DNA of 64,000 bases from positions 65,658,001 through 65,722,000 of the forward strand of contig NC_092356.1 of assembly GCF_963676685.1 (NCBI RefSeq), given 5' to 3'. The notes under the pieces were generated by a model that was given only the letters and a program-made list of their open reading frames with translations, did no database searches and was not told the origin of the DNA. A program made the translations under genes and the position numbers. This DNA is from Mytilus edulis (taxonomy: Eukaryota). Position 1 is the stretch's first letter. Every line of letters starts with the position of its first letter. This document shows, piece after piece, positions 13,616-26,218 of the stretch.

Positions 13616-14701
13616 TTTATTTGGCTCTAAAACCTGGTTCAACACATCTTTTTTTAAATCCTGTACCAAGTCAGGAATATGGCATTTATTGTCATATAGT
13701 CCTTTCTTTTATGTACGTTGGCGTTTGTTTTTGTATCAGTTAAGTAATTCTGGTAATCCGTTGTTTTCATCCAAAAGTTGATGTGGTTCCCTCGGTTTTG
13801 GTTTTGTGGGCCGGATTTGTTTTCGCCTAATCGACTTATGACTATTGAACTACGATATATTACTGTTGCCTTTATTGGAATTATTTGTACCATGATCTAT
13901 GTTAGGGTTAGTGGTGTTCCTTCGACTTTTATTATTGTGTAGTGTTTTGCTAGCTGTTGTTTGTTTCACATCCTGAGCTCATAATGGTATCAAGGACATA
14001 ACAAATCATAAGTTGATCATAATGTCAATGTATCGCTTGAAGTTTTTGTCGGTCTAGTGTACTTTTTCTTGTTTTGAAGAACTGAATTATGGAATTTACA
14101 ATATTTTCTTCGATACAGTTGATAAAAAAAAAGACCTCATTGAATCATTCAGACGGCAGTTATAATAAAAAAAAATATTTCAAGGTATTTTCATGCAGTT
14201 ATAAATATGCTAGCAGACATAATTATAAGATTTTTAAATATGCACTCGAATATAGCTTGATGTTTTTTTTATTATGCAAGTCATCAGTGTCTAGTGGTAA
14301 TTATAGCAACCGAGTTTAATATGATGAGTGATTTTTTAGCTGTGATTTATGACATAATATATAATGTATGAAAAAACAAACCAAAGTCCACAATCAGTTA
14401 TACATCAAAGACACTCTTAAAATATTTATCCATTAAGTGTAACGTTACTATATTGTTTTCGTCATATGAGTCTGAAATGCTATATGCACTTTCATCTACA
14501 TAAAAAGAATTTAAAATCATGACAGTTAGAAGGCCAAATCAATTATGTGTTATGAAATTGAAACGCAACGACAACCTGAATTAACAAAATTTGCAGAATC
14601 TTTACAATCATTGACAATGAAAAGAAAACTGTTACCAATCATTAGGTGTAACTACAGCGTCTATGGTATTTATTATTGTAACGTTGTATGTTTGTTGTAA
14701 T

Positions 14702-15122
14702 GCTACTTTTGCATAGGTACTATTTCTGTACATAATTTCTGTAGTAATGGAAATTTACTTTTATTATGTATTACCTTTTCTTTACTAAAAAATTATTGTA
14801 ACATTTGGGTACCTGTATTTTACAGCACCTAATTTGTACTTAAAATATTGGTACAGAAATAATACCAATATTTATCACAGTATTACATGTTTGAACATCA
14901 GAACTTTAAAAGATTTGAAATAGACAAACTTTCAAAATGCTTAAAATGTATAACGATGTAAAAAATATCTAGTACTTAATTCAAGTACTAATCAAGTGCT
15001 GTAAAATACAGGTACCTAAATATTACAATAATTTTAAAATAGCAAAATAGTACTGAATATTAAAAGTAGATTTCCAGTACTACAGATTGTTGGTACAGAA
15101 AAAGTACCTATGCAAAAGTAGC
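14702..15122. mobile_element. MITE/foldback element with long (~140 bp) imperfect TIRs
   Basis: gctacttttgcataggtact...ggtacctgtattttacagcac is mirrored by gtgctgtaaaatacaggtacc...agtacctatgcaaaagtagc. Confidence 0.75.
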
Positions 15123-15770
15123 TGTGTAACACAGTTAAAGGGCATTGGAATCAACAAAATGCCTGCAGCCATTGCCATCCATGTCTTGAAATAGAAACAG
15201 AATGATTAAATGAACAACAAATCATAAACTTAATAAAGTCTTTTGTTGTTTGCCTGATAGTCTACGAGGTTACCAACAGTTTGAATGCTAATCTTAATAG
15301 ATGCACATTATTTTAGTGTAGTTATACTTGACGGGATCCGTTTCATGTTAGCCAATCAGAATAACGTATTATAATGAAACATACATCTAACGCAATTATT
15401 CAGCTATAAAAGGTTCAGAAATTTAAAAAATGTGAAACAATACAAACGTGTTTGATTGTTGTTGAATTCTTATTGTAATGATAAGATGACTGGTGTTTAC
15501 TAAATGTTCTATATAAAAAAAAACTTTACAAATTCACAAATCAGTAAAGTACTGAATATATTTTACACTATTTTAAACATCTTATTATGAGTGTAAACAG
15601 TTCCCACATGTTTACGAAAACATTTTAATGGTATAGAGGCGTCCAACCGCAGACAGATTGACACGTTATATTGCAGAAAGTATTGCCCTTTTTTTTTCTT
15701 ATTGGCTAGACATATTCAATAACAGAAGGTTGGAATACTAGTTTGTGCTTGAATTAATCCGCTCGTGCAC

Positions 15771-15845
15771 TATAAATAACTTTTGCTAAACAAAGTTGCT
15801 TTACAAGCATTATATTATTATCCAAAAGGACATCGTATTTCAAAA
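15771..15845 (+). promoter_or_regulatory. Putative TATA box and non-coding exon 1 of the mytilectin gene
   Basis: TATAAA at 15771; donor aaaa|gtaagt at 15846; polypyrimidine acceptor ttttcag at 16543; the segment is conserved in the paralogous block near 20195-20310. Confidence 0.65.
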
Positions 15846-16584
15846 GTAAGTTTTTACAATGCACAACAGTACTTTCAGTTTAATTTTCGCAACGCTTTTA
15901 TGTCATGTTGCTTTTTGCCGCTTTGTTGCTTTGTTGGTGTATTGGAAAGATCAGACAAGATATATGTGTATAATTTAATATTTGAAAGAAGAGTGAACTT
16001 GGTTTTTGTTTTGTTAGGAAAATTATCTGCTGAAAGGATTAGTATCTTTCAATTATAATTCCTAGGCAGATTAGTTTTATATTTTTTTTATTTTGAACAA
16101 TGATGTCCTCTTTTTGTTGTTGGAAAATACTTGATAGTTTTAAAATCTTGCAAAATTACAAACTCGAATCATTTCAGTGTTAAGAATTAAGCTTTATATT
16201 TACAGTTTGAACTTTTATTTACAACCTGGAAGAGTACATACGAGGAGATGATACTGTTATTTAAGATGAAAAACTTTTTAAAATGTATGTTTAAATCATG
16301 GGCATTTGCCGTACAGTATTATTCACTTTGGAATATTGGGTTTCTGTCTTTTACGTATACCTGACATGTAATTTATTTTTGTATCTGATGTGATTGCACT
16401 GGTCGTGTTTCCGGCTGTAATGCTATCGAGTTATTTTTCACTTTAAAGATTGAAATTTAAAACTTATAAAAATAAGCACGGAGACAAATAAAGATCGAAA
16501 AAAACTATATGCAGCAATTAGTTTAACTTATTTTTCTTTTCAGTCGGACACAGAATATCTAAACTTGCAAACCGTATAGAGAAA

Positions 16585-17037
16585 ATGACTACGTTTCTTA
16601 TCAAACACAAGGCCAGTGGAAAGTTTCTACATCCAAAGGGTGGCAGTAGCAATCCTGCTAACGATACTAACTTGGTTCTGCACAGCGATATCCACGAAAG
16701 AATGTACTTCCAGTTCGACGTTGTTGATGAACGATGGGGATATATTAAACATGCTGCAAGTGGGAAAATTGTCCATCCCCTCGGTGGAAAAGTTGACCCA
16801 CCAAATGAAACCAAGTTGGTTCTGCATCAAGACCGTCATGATCGCGCACTGTTCGCCATGGATTTTTTCAATGACAATATTATACACAAGGCGGGAAAAT
16901 ACGTCCATCCGAAGGGCGGATCCACGAATCCATCAAACGAAACATTAACAGTAATGCATGGAGATAAACACAAAGCTATGGAATTTATTTTTGTTTCTCC
17001 AAAAGATAAAGACAAACGCGTTTTAGTCTATGTCTAA
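16585..17037 (+). CDS. MytiLec-1: Mytilectin, MytiLec-1-like alpha-galactoside-binding beta-trefoil lectin (150 aa, single coding exon)
   Basis: Three tandem subdomains, each with HPxGG and HxDxH motifs; sequence recognisably that of the MytiLec-1/CGL/MTL family; no signal peptide; AATAAA at 17154. Confidence 0.97.
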   Translation: MTTFLIKHKASGKFLHPKGGSSNPANDTNLVLHSDIHERMYFQFDVVDERWGYIKHAASGKIVHPLGGKVDPPNETKLVLHQDRHDRALFAMDFFNDNIIHKAGKYVHPKGGSTNPSNETLTVMHGDKHKAMEFIFVSPKDKDKRVLVYV

Positions 17038-18072
17038 AATTTATCATTTAAATTGACAAAACAAATGTACATTTGGCTCGCTTAATCGTTAGCTTTTTTG
17101 TATATATAATGAATTAGAAGGTTTTGGCATATCTTACTAAGGAGTTTGTTACAAATAAACAACATGGACCTGTTTTTATTCTTTATATATAATAAATAAT
17201 GCATAGTTGATTACAATAACAATCTTATCTTTTTAATCTATGCAGTTCGTCTACCAATAACAGTTTATTCGTACCATACGTTATAAACGCACATATCGTT
17301 TCTATTTAGCACGGGGAATATCGTTTATATAAGAAGAAGAAAGAAAGCAACATGAATAATATAAAAGTAAGAAGATATGGTATGTTAGCCAATGAGACAA
17401 GTAACCGCTAGAGAAAAATTTGCGTAGATGCCTAGGTTGACCTTCAAAAATGATGAAAACCCTTACCACATAGCAATCTACAATAGGCTCTGACATTGAA
17501 CATATATAACAACATGAACAACTCAAGGCAGAAAACAAACAGTCATTGTTGCTACCGTCTGTGGCGAAACACATTGGTTATTTTATTAATTAAAGTATAT
17601 AGATACATAACTCTACACGGTCATATGATACATATACATGAAATATGTCGGCGATATTGGGCCATTATGAGACAAATTGCATACTTGAGTCGTTTAAATG
17701 TTTACCCACAGTAAAAGTCATCCTTTTCGATAATGTAGGACTCCAATTTAATGAAAGGCATTATATAGTTAGTATTCCTTATAAACATAATAAATTACAG
17801 AATACTTAAGAATATGCCTGTTTATAGATGATCGTCAGTTGAGGACCAAATATTCCGTAAGCTTTTGCAATTGTAAACTTTTCCTGGGGTATAAAATTTT
17901 TAGCATTTATAATAGAAACTTTTTTTTCAAACATTTAATTATTTAATATTACCATGTCAACACAAAATGGTGATGATACTATCGGGGATGAAACCTTCAC
18001 CAGCAGTGGCATTGACTAAATGGTTGCAAAAATCCTCATTAAAAATACTAGGTTTAAAATTTTGTACTTTTA

Positions 18073-18499
18073 GGCCACAGACCACAATTAGATTCTCTAT
18101 TAGTTCTTTATAACGTTTTGTTTCATTAAAAAAAAAAATGCACCTAATCTTTTTGTCAAATTTTTTGTGTGTGTAAAGTACTGTACAGTTCTAGTCCAAA
18201 ACTATATCCAAAATTCAGAAAGATTGCACCTCTGTAGTTTACAAATTCAGCCAATACACATCCATACCCCTATGGACAAGTCAAAAGATGTTCCGAAAAC
18301 TGTAAATATCACATTTTTGCACCTGGCCTAATCACTCTTTCCATATCAAAATCAGTTAAAATAAAACATCCAAAAGTTTATTTTAGCTCTGTTCTTTCAT
18401 TTCCACTCCAGAAAATCTAAGAAATGCATGAGAAAGGGAAAAAATAAAGAAAAAATACACTATAATTAAAGGGAACTATATTAATTGTGGTCTTTGGCC
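18073..18499. mobile_element. MITE inserted in a decayed retrozyme copy
   Basis: TIR ggccacagaccacaatta / taattgtggtctttggcc; the flanks rejoin as degenerate family A sequence (tttgtac...gccagacg). Confidence 0.6.
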
Positions 18500-18949
18500 G
18501 CCAGACGTGCTTTTTGTATACAGAACACTCACACGTGACTCAGGTAGATGATTATCACAAAAGCTTAGTCAGCAAATAGTAAGTACAAAGTAAAAACATT
18601 ATCTGTACGCCATATTCTTAATAAGTTTTCATGGGTTTTTGAGTTACTAAAACAAAGATAGGATAAAATTTTCATTTAATCATTTTGCATGCTAGGGAAT
18701 AAATATAGAACGAATCAAATTGTTTATAGAGAGAAACTGCATTCGTCACTATAATGGTGAAATGGAGAAGCCTATTCAACATTAGTAAAACATATTTTCG
18801 TGGATGAAAAAAAAAACATGCGTTTAAAGGTCGACATTTTGTCCATGGTAGATATGCGTAAAATCTGCATAAAACGTACGCAATACTATTACAGATAAGA
18901 CATATATAAAAATAAATTGATATCCCATAGTTTTAGAATTAAATGAATA

Positions 18950-19220
18950 GAGAATGTGTCCATGGACACAGATGATGCATCAAATTGCATAGAACATTGC
19001 AAAGGGACAAAACTCAAGAACGGTAGAAGTCTGGCAACCCAAATCCCCACTTGATCTGTGTTGTGTGGTAATAAGCATTGTGCTTAAGTTGCGGAACATT
19101 TGGCCAAGACAAACCTTAGATAGAGAATGGAAAATAATTTTGGACGAACGGATGGACGGATGTACGGATGGACAAGGGTACCACTTAATGCCTCCATCTG
19201 AGCATGACAATATTGGATGC
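18950..19220 (-). mobile_element. Degraded Helentron-associated (HINE/DINE-like) element
   Basis: (GGAC/GGAT)n tract plus agaatgtgtcc..gacacagatg terminus, the reverse complement of the element ends at 51165-52288. Confidence 0.5.
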
Positions 19221-19944
19221 ATATTTTACAGCTATTTAACCTGACTGTGCTTTTCATCTCAATGCTTTTCGTCCGTTTAAAGTGTAACGATTTCATTCAT
19301 GAAACGTCTGATTTTATACGTATATGATTTTCGAGAGTGTTGCTAATTATGTGTATTTTTAACAGCTGTTTTGAACAAAGATAGCGAAAAATGAGTTTCT
19401 ATTTTCGTGTGTAAACTTTATATGTTGCTAAACAAACATATAGCAATTGATCATTGACATGTTATATTTGTGTATGATATTAGACTTTGTACGTGCGTCG
19501 ATACAGTTTCAATGCTATTCATAGCTATTTTGCACTGCCTCTAGAATTTTGTGTACGATATGGTTAAAGTTTTCCGAACGATACAAAGTTGTTTTGCCAT
19601 ATAAAATATAAGGCGATAAAAAAGGGAAACACCCTTTCTGATAATAAAACAAAACAAGCTCATAGTTTTATATTTCAAACACCTTTTCTTGATCTATAAA
19701 ATATCACAAAAAATGCAATAAAAAGTGAAACTATATCGAATCCCATTATTAGACCCAATAAAAACTTCCAAACATGTCTTTTGACACTGAGTAAATAATT
19801 ACAAAAAATATACATGCATCATATTTTCAGCATTCAAACCAAATTGCTTATATGAAATATAAGGGACATGTCAAGTTGTCTTATTACCGTAATTGTGTAT
19901 CTCGGCATCAAAATACATTCAACTAGAACTACATGATCATTGGT

Positions 19945-22900
19945 ATCTCCGATTGCAGAAAATGTCACGATTATTGTCAAAAATAGAATTCAAATTGTAT
20001 ACTACCTAGGATTTTTGTTTGTTTGATAGCATTGGTGATATTTAAAAGATGAAATAAAATGCTTTTTACATTGTCATCGGGGAATATTTTAACGAACACA
20101 TTAACATATATACCACTTCGAAAACCTAACAAATTCAAAAGTATAATTTACCATCATATACATGTATTGCTAGACATATATAATAAAAGAGATTACTAGT
20201 GTGTGCTTAAATTAATCCGCTGGTATACTAAAAATAACTTCGGCAAAACAAAGTTACTATACAAGCATTGTATCATACTTTGAACAGACATCGTATTTAA
20301 AACAATAAGTTCGAATTTTGAAAAGACCAGTAAAGCTATTACGGAGCCCCTTAAATGCCAAAGATGAAATTTAAAATATTTGTATACGCGACTTTAAATC
20401 TTCTTCGCACAACTTCAAATCTTAAGCGCACAACTTTTAATTTTGTGCGCACAACTTTTTAAAACTTGTGCGCACAACTTTTTTAAACTTATGCACACAT
20501 TTTTTTTTTTTAACTTTTGAGCACAACTTTAAACTTGTGCGCACACTATTTAATCTTGTGTGCACAACTTTTAATCTTGTGCACATAACTTTAAATCTTG
20601 TGCGCACAACTTTTAAACTTGTGCGCGCAACTTTTAATCTTGTGCGCACAACTATTTTAAACTTGTGCGAACAAGTTCTTAAACTTGAGCGCACATCTTT
20701 TAAACTTGTGTGCACAACTTTTAATCTTGTGCCAACAACTTTTAAATTTAAACGCACAACTTTAGTAAACTTGAACGTGCGACTTGTACTGCCCGGACCA
20801 GCGAGTTTAACCAAGATGACTGGGTTTATGTAAAGATAAACAATCAGGAGCAGACTTTTATTTCACTACCAATCCAAATGGGGAAAAACTGAAAATACAA
20901 ATATAAATACAATTTTGCAATGTGTTCAATGATAATTAAAGTCCATTAAAAATACAAATATACAGTTCGTAGATATATAAAGCTGTTAATGTTCTTTATA
21001 ATAATAAATAGATGAATATTCTTGCACACGTTGGGTTCAGTCTGAATTAAATTGTGTAATCGCAGATACGAACAGTTTGAACGGTTAAATGTTCATATTT
21101 TCTTTATAACATAGGATTGATTGATTGTTGGTTGCTTAACGTCCAGTGTTATAACATAGGAAAATATATTAAAACAGTTCATCGCTGATGTAAAGAAATA
21201 ATTTGTAATGTTTTAAAGGTAAGTAACGCTGTGGTTAGCCACGAATTGTTCCTTTGGACAACGTGTCCGCTGACTGTTCCTTACAGTTGTGCACACGCTC
21301 TGCTGAGCAGTTTACGTCACTCAGAAGAGAGGGGAAAGTAACACGGGTTCCTACACTGTCCTGTATAAAACTCATTAAACTGTAGCACATAAAGTGATGT
21401 ACTTAATGAAACAATCAATATAAAATGATGATCACATGAAGAACAAATGGTGAATGAGTTCTAGAACACGACTTGTTAAACTGTTCACAGAACTAAAAGT
21501 CATGTATGTTTATAAACTTGCTTTCATTGACTAATAAATCAAGAAAGAATGGATCTGACTTTTACGTATATTGATCTATATTATTTTTGGAATAAATCAT
21601 AAGGTTTACATTTTTATTTTCTCCTTTGAAAACCACTGGGCCAATTCGGATCTAATTTGGCAAGGATGATCCTTGGTAGGAGGGGGTTCATGTCTTGTTC
21701 TCGAGTGCTTGTAAATAGGGCTATCGGGTTTAAGAACTTGAGGTTAACTTAAAGTTTTAAAAAACTTTTAAGAATCAGTAGTAGCAAGGCAGTGATATTG
21801 TCTGACTCATCAGACGGACATGATGTTTCAAATTAGTAAAAAAAGGTAGGTCCAGGGGTCAATGGGGTCCGAGCAATTTGGGTTCATAGTTAATCATTGA
21901 TTTAATTTGAAAATTTTTAAAAGTCTTGTTCGTCTGAATAAACAGTAGCAATGCAGTCATGTTTTGCATGAAACATCAAAAGGATATGAAGATCAAATTT
22001 AAAAAAAAAGATTTTCACATGAACTAGCAACGACACGGCAGTCTACCTGTTAACCCCGCCACATTATTTATGTATGTGTCTGTCCCAAGTCAGGAGCCTG
22101 TAATTCAGTGGTTGTCGTTTGTTCATGTGTTACATATTTGTTTTTCGTTAATTCTTTTACATAAATAAGGCCGTTAGTTTTCTCGTTTGAATTGTCTTAT
22201 CGGGGCCTTTTATAGCTGACTATGCGGTATGGGCTTTGCTCATTGTTGAAGGCCGTACGTATGGCAACCATACCAAATGTTCTTTCTTTATATCTAATTG
22301 GAAAAAGCTTTTATAATTCTCTCTAGATCCAACAATGACATGGCAGATATATTTTGCATTTAGCATTACAGTCAGTGCCAATTATTTTACTTTTTCCTTT
22401 AATGTTGTAAAACATTAATTTATTTAAATCAAAATACAAAAGCCTTCGACTTCCACCTCAAATATTAATGGTCATCAATTACTTATCAATTAAGGACTTT
22501 TGACGTGTTCAATTCGTTGTTATATGAACCTGTTGTATCTATATCACAAAGAACGTAGTCCGAGGTTGATATTTGTGTTTAGCAGGAGGACATATTTGTG
22601 TAGATGTCTTGAAGAATCCAATCTAGTTAAAATATAGATCTCTGATTTCGTTACACTCCAAAAATAAGGACAAACGTGTTTTAGTCTATGCCTAGAAATT
22701 ATCATTAAAATGGACAAAACAGATTTATGATTAGCTTTGCTTAATCGCTAGCTTGCTAAAATGTTGGTTTTTTTTTAAATATATTTTATGACATTGCTTG
22801 CTAAAGAGTTTGCTACAAATGAAAAACGTGGATTAGACCCTGTTTGTTACACTTTGTTTTTTATCCTTCATATATAATTAAAAAAAAAATAATCGCAGTC

Positions 22901-23240
22901 GCATACGATCGTTTTTCTTTTGTTTTTTTTTAATGTATGCAGTTCGCCTAACAAAAAAGTTTTATTCGTTTATCCTGTTTCTGTTCATCACGGTGTATAC
23001 CATTTATATAAGTAGAATATGAATAATTTAAAAGTAAGATGTGATATGATAGTCAATGAGTAACTGTCTATCATTAGATGCCTAGGTCATCTTCCGACCT
23101 TTATGAATGATCAAAACCCTTACCACATAGAAAGATACAAAGACTTGGAACAAGTTTAACATCATGAAAAATTCAAGTTAGAACAAAAGCAGTCATTGTG
23201 TCGTCTGTGTCGATAAACATTGGTTATTTTATTAATTAAA
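19945..23240 (+). pseudogene. Mytilectin pseudogene copy 2 (upstream block, exon 1, last codons and 3' UTR only)
   Basis: 20195-20310 matches the promoter/exon 1 at 15736-15850, with the donor mutated to ataagt. 22657-22695 encodes ..NKDKRVLVYA*. 22696-23240 matches 17038-17590. The middle is replaced by repeats. Confidence 0.85.
20385..20785. repeat. Minisatellite, ~21-bp unit (ttttaaacttgtgcgcacaac)
   Basis: About 18 tandem units around a palindromic tgtgcgcaca core; probably internal to a non-autonomous DNA element starting near 20340. Confidence 0.9.
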
Positions 23241-23242
23241 AA

Positions 23243-25281
23243 CGGGGACGAACGATGCCAGACGGACGTTCAAACTCATAGATAGAAAATAAACTGAAAA
23301 TGACATGGCTAAAAAGAAAAAGACAAATAGACAAATAACTGTACACAAGACACAACATAGAAAACTAAAGACTAAGCAACACGAACCCCACCAAAAAGGG
23401 GGGTGATCTCTGGTGCTCCGGAAGGGCAGGCAGATCCTGCTCCATATGTGGCACCCGTTGTGTTGCTCATGTTATTACAAACCTGGTAAATAGTCTAATT
23501 AGGTAGATCACATTCGTAAAAAGGGAACGGAGTTGTAGTTTCGACATAAGGAACTTATGCGATACCATCTGTGAAACGGATATTCCATAGCGGTCAACCA
23601 ACTCGTGATGGCGTCCGTAAAATTTACGAAGTGATGATTTCACCTTCACCATTTGGAACTCTTGGTTTAATAGCTTCTTTGTGAGCAGCAACCCTCTATT
23701 AGGGGAAGATCCGGGTCTTCATCTTTGGTTGAAATTCCAAAGGAACTTATATAGAATCGACCAATGATTATCCAGAATTTCCTCTTTGATTAGTGTCGTG
23801 GCGGTATATGTTGAGTTTCCAAGTGAATTCTCAATACATAATTCATTTATCTAACACTTTATGAAATGAGATTTACACACAAAAACGATGTTGTTTGGGA
23901 CTTTATCTGCGGGGACAACGATATGTTTGTCAAGGAGGTAGGACAAGTGTTTTGCAACATTCGGGTCTCTAAAGATTGACGTAGCATGGTCTTGATAGAC
24001 TAATTCAGTTGCTTAATTCTGATTTGTATCAACGACCTTATAGCCTTAATCCATTTTACGTCTTGGCATGATCATCGACTTAATCCATAGGTATTTTGAA
24101 GCTGTGTTTCCAATTGATGGATTTAGGCTCTGGATATTTCGGACCTTTGGATAACACATTTCGCAGGGATGTGTTATGAAAAATGTTGAGGCCAGCCGAA
24201 TTATATGTGATTTGGAAAATAGCACAAGTTCAATCAGGAGGCTTAAATTGAGAAAGGAAATAAGGAATATGTCAAAGAAACAACAACCCGACTATGGACC
24301 AGATAAGACCACAAATGAGTCTTTAACGCAGAGAAAATCCCCCACCCGGAGGTGGTCCTCAGCTGGCTCTTAAATGAAATTGTGTACTAGTTCAGTGAAA
24401 ATGGACATCACACTAAACTCCAAAAATATAAATGAACTAAAATAAAAAAATAAAAACATACAAGACTAACAAAGGCCAGAGGCTCCTGACAGGCGCAATA
24501 TTGGGATCCCGCATAACGTGTTTGTAATTGAAATTGTTAGTTGCAATTGGTTTAGTATACGATTAAGAACTGATTGGTACAGACCGATCTTTAAAATGTG
24601 GAGGTGTTTTCAATTGCACTAATTCGTGATGAAGGATATTGCCCAAGTTGACGCCTTCAAGATTTTTGTTGGCAAAGGATATTTAAGAACATATCTTTTC
24701 TTTTTTTTCATCTTTTCTAAGACGAACTGGTTTAAAAGGTCTGTGACTTGCAATATCAGAAATGATAGCTGTACGTTTGTTTTGGTTTGAATGAAGTTTG
24801 TAACAGTGTTTTCCAAAGATAAATTAAACAAAGAATGAAGGTTTTTTTTAAAGGGGTAATGTATAAAGTTTCGTGAGAATGTGATGAATAACTAACAGCT
24901 CTTGTATAAATGGCAACAAGTCATTAATAGATACATCAAGGAGAGTTTGTGATGGATAATGCCGATGACCATGACTGCGACGAAGTCGAAGAGTAGAGTT
25001 GAAAATATTCATCTCATTCACCGAGCTACAAGGAAAACTAGATACATTACCTGTGCCATCAATTTTGTCATTGCAACCATATAGTGTCCATTTCCCAATT
25101 GTCGAATTCAGTAGTCCCCTTTTTGTCTACGGAGGGGCGTTAATTGCAAGATGAGGATTGTAAGTCCTGTGGTACTGGTATATTTTTCGATAATGCGAAC
25201 TTTTATAGAAACGATTGAATGATCGGACTGATTTAAATGCAGGTAAAGAATGTCGCTTACATTGTGGTTGATATCTGATCT
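23243..25281 (-). mobile_element. Decayed, internally deleted Penelope-like retroelement with the endonuclease upstream of the RT (Naiad-type)
   Basis: Minus-strand order: GIY-YIG C-terminal-like HLNQSDHSIVSIKVRIIEK..RRQKGDY (25281-25100), then RT N-region IVVPADKVPNNIVFVCK..KEEILDNH (24000-23740), then RT C-terminus LLTKKLLNQ..SSLRKFYGRHHELVDRYG (23690-23580), then 3' tail. A family 2 copy is nested at about 24245-24505. The element splits the 3' flank of pseudogene 2. Confidence 0.75.
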
Positions 25282-26218
25282 ATGGCCGCACATACGATAA
25301 AGTATAAAGATACATAATGATATATGGTCATTTGAAAAATATAATATGTCGACAACATTGGATCATTGTGAAATGATATGCAGAATTGAGTCTTAATCTT
25401 TTTTTATTCATCGTTAAATAAAGCAACCAGTGTTCAAAAGTCATAAATCGATTGATAGGAAACAAATCAGGGTAACATACTAAAAAGTTAAATCACAAAA
25501 ATACTGAACTCTGAGGATAATTTAAAACGGAAAATACCTAATATACAGTTATGAGAGTAAAACACATTTTATCTACAACCAAATCCAACTTTCCATCAGT
25601 GTCCCTCTTTTCTTTAAGTACTTTTCAATTATAATTATTTTTAAGCATACTTGCTACAACTCATGAATTTGAAGAAAAGGATTATTTTCCTTAACCACTG
25701 TCAAATAAGTGTCTTGTAGATAGTATATATTAAAGTTTCCAGATTAAAAAAAAACTAAAAACATCCATCTTTTTAAATAAATCACCCAGACCCTGAAAGT
25801 TAGCAGACAGTGTCTTTAAAGAGCTCATCATGTTTGAAATATGAGTACATTATCATTAGATATGCCTGCATTGTAGCATAATTATGATTATTCTTAGTAT
25901 ACCTTCACATGAGACACAATGACATATACAAAAAGATGTGCTCAAAATATATTTAGGTACGACTGTATTAAATTTTCGACATACATTTAACACGCTCAAT
26001 ACAGGAACCAACAGCGTAATTCAATACATTAAAGACATTCATCTGAGAGAAAACATTATAACTTACAGACAATAATCTTGTCAAAAGAAAAGAAAAAGCA
26101 ATATGTTAAGCCTTATTGTATTTGGAATTTGTCCGTTTCTGCGTTTTGCATTATATGATACCACCAAAAATATTTTAACAGAAATATAGATCAGCTGTAC
26201 AAAATGTCAATATGTAGA

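Noticed and set aside
16518-16948. Alternative-frame and antisense ORFs over the mytilectin
   Set aside because: Shadows of the real CDS with no independent features.
20437-20833. Overlapping ORFs on both strands
   Set aside because: Artefact of a 21-bp minisatellite.
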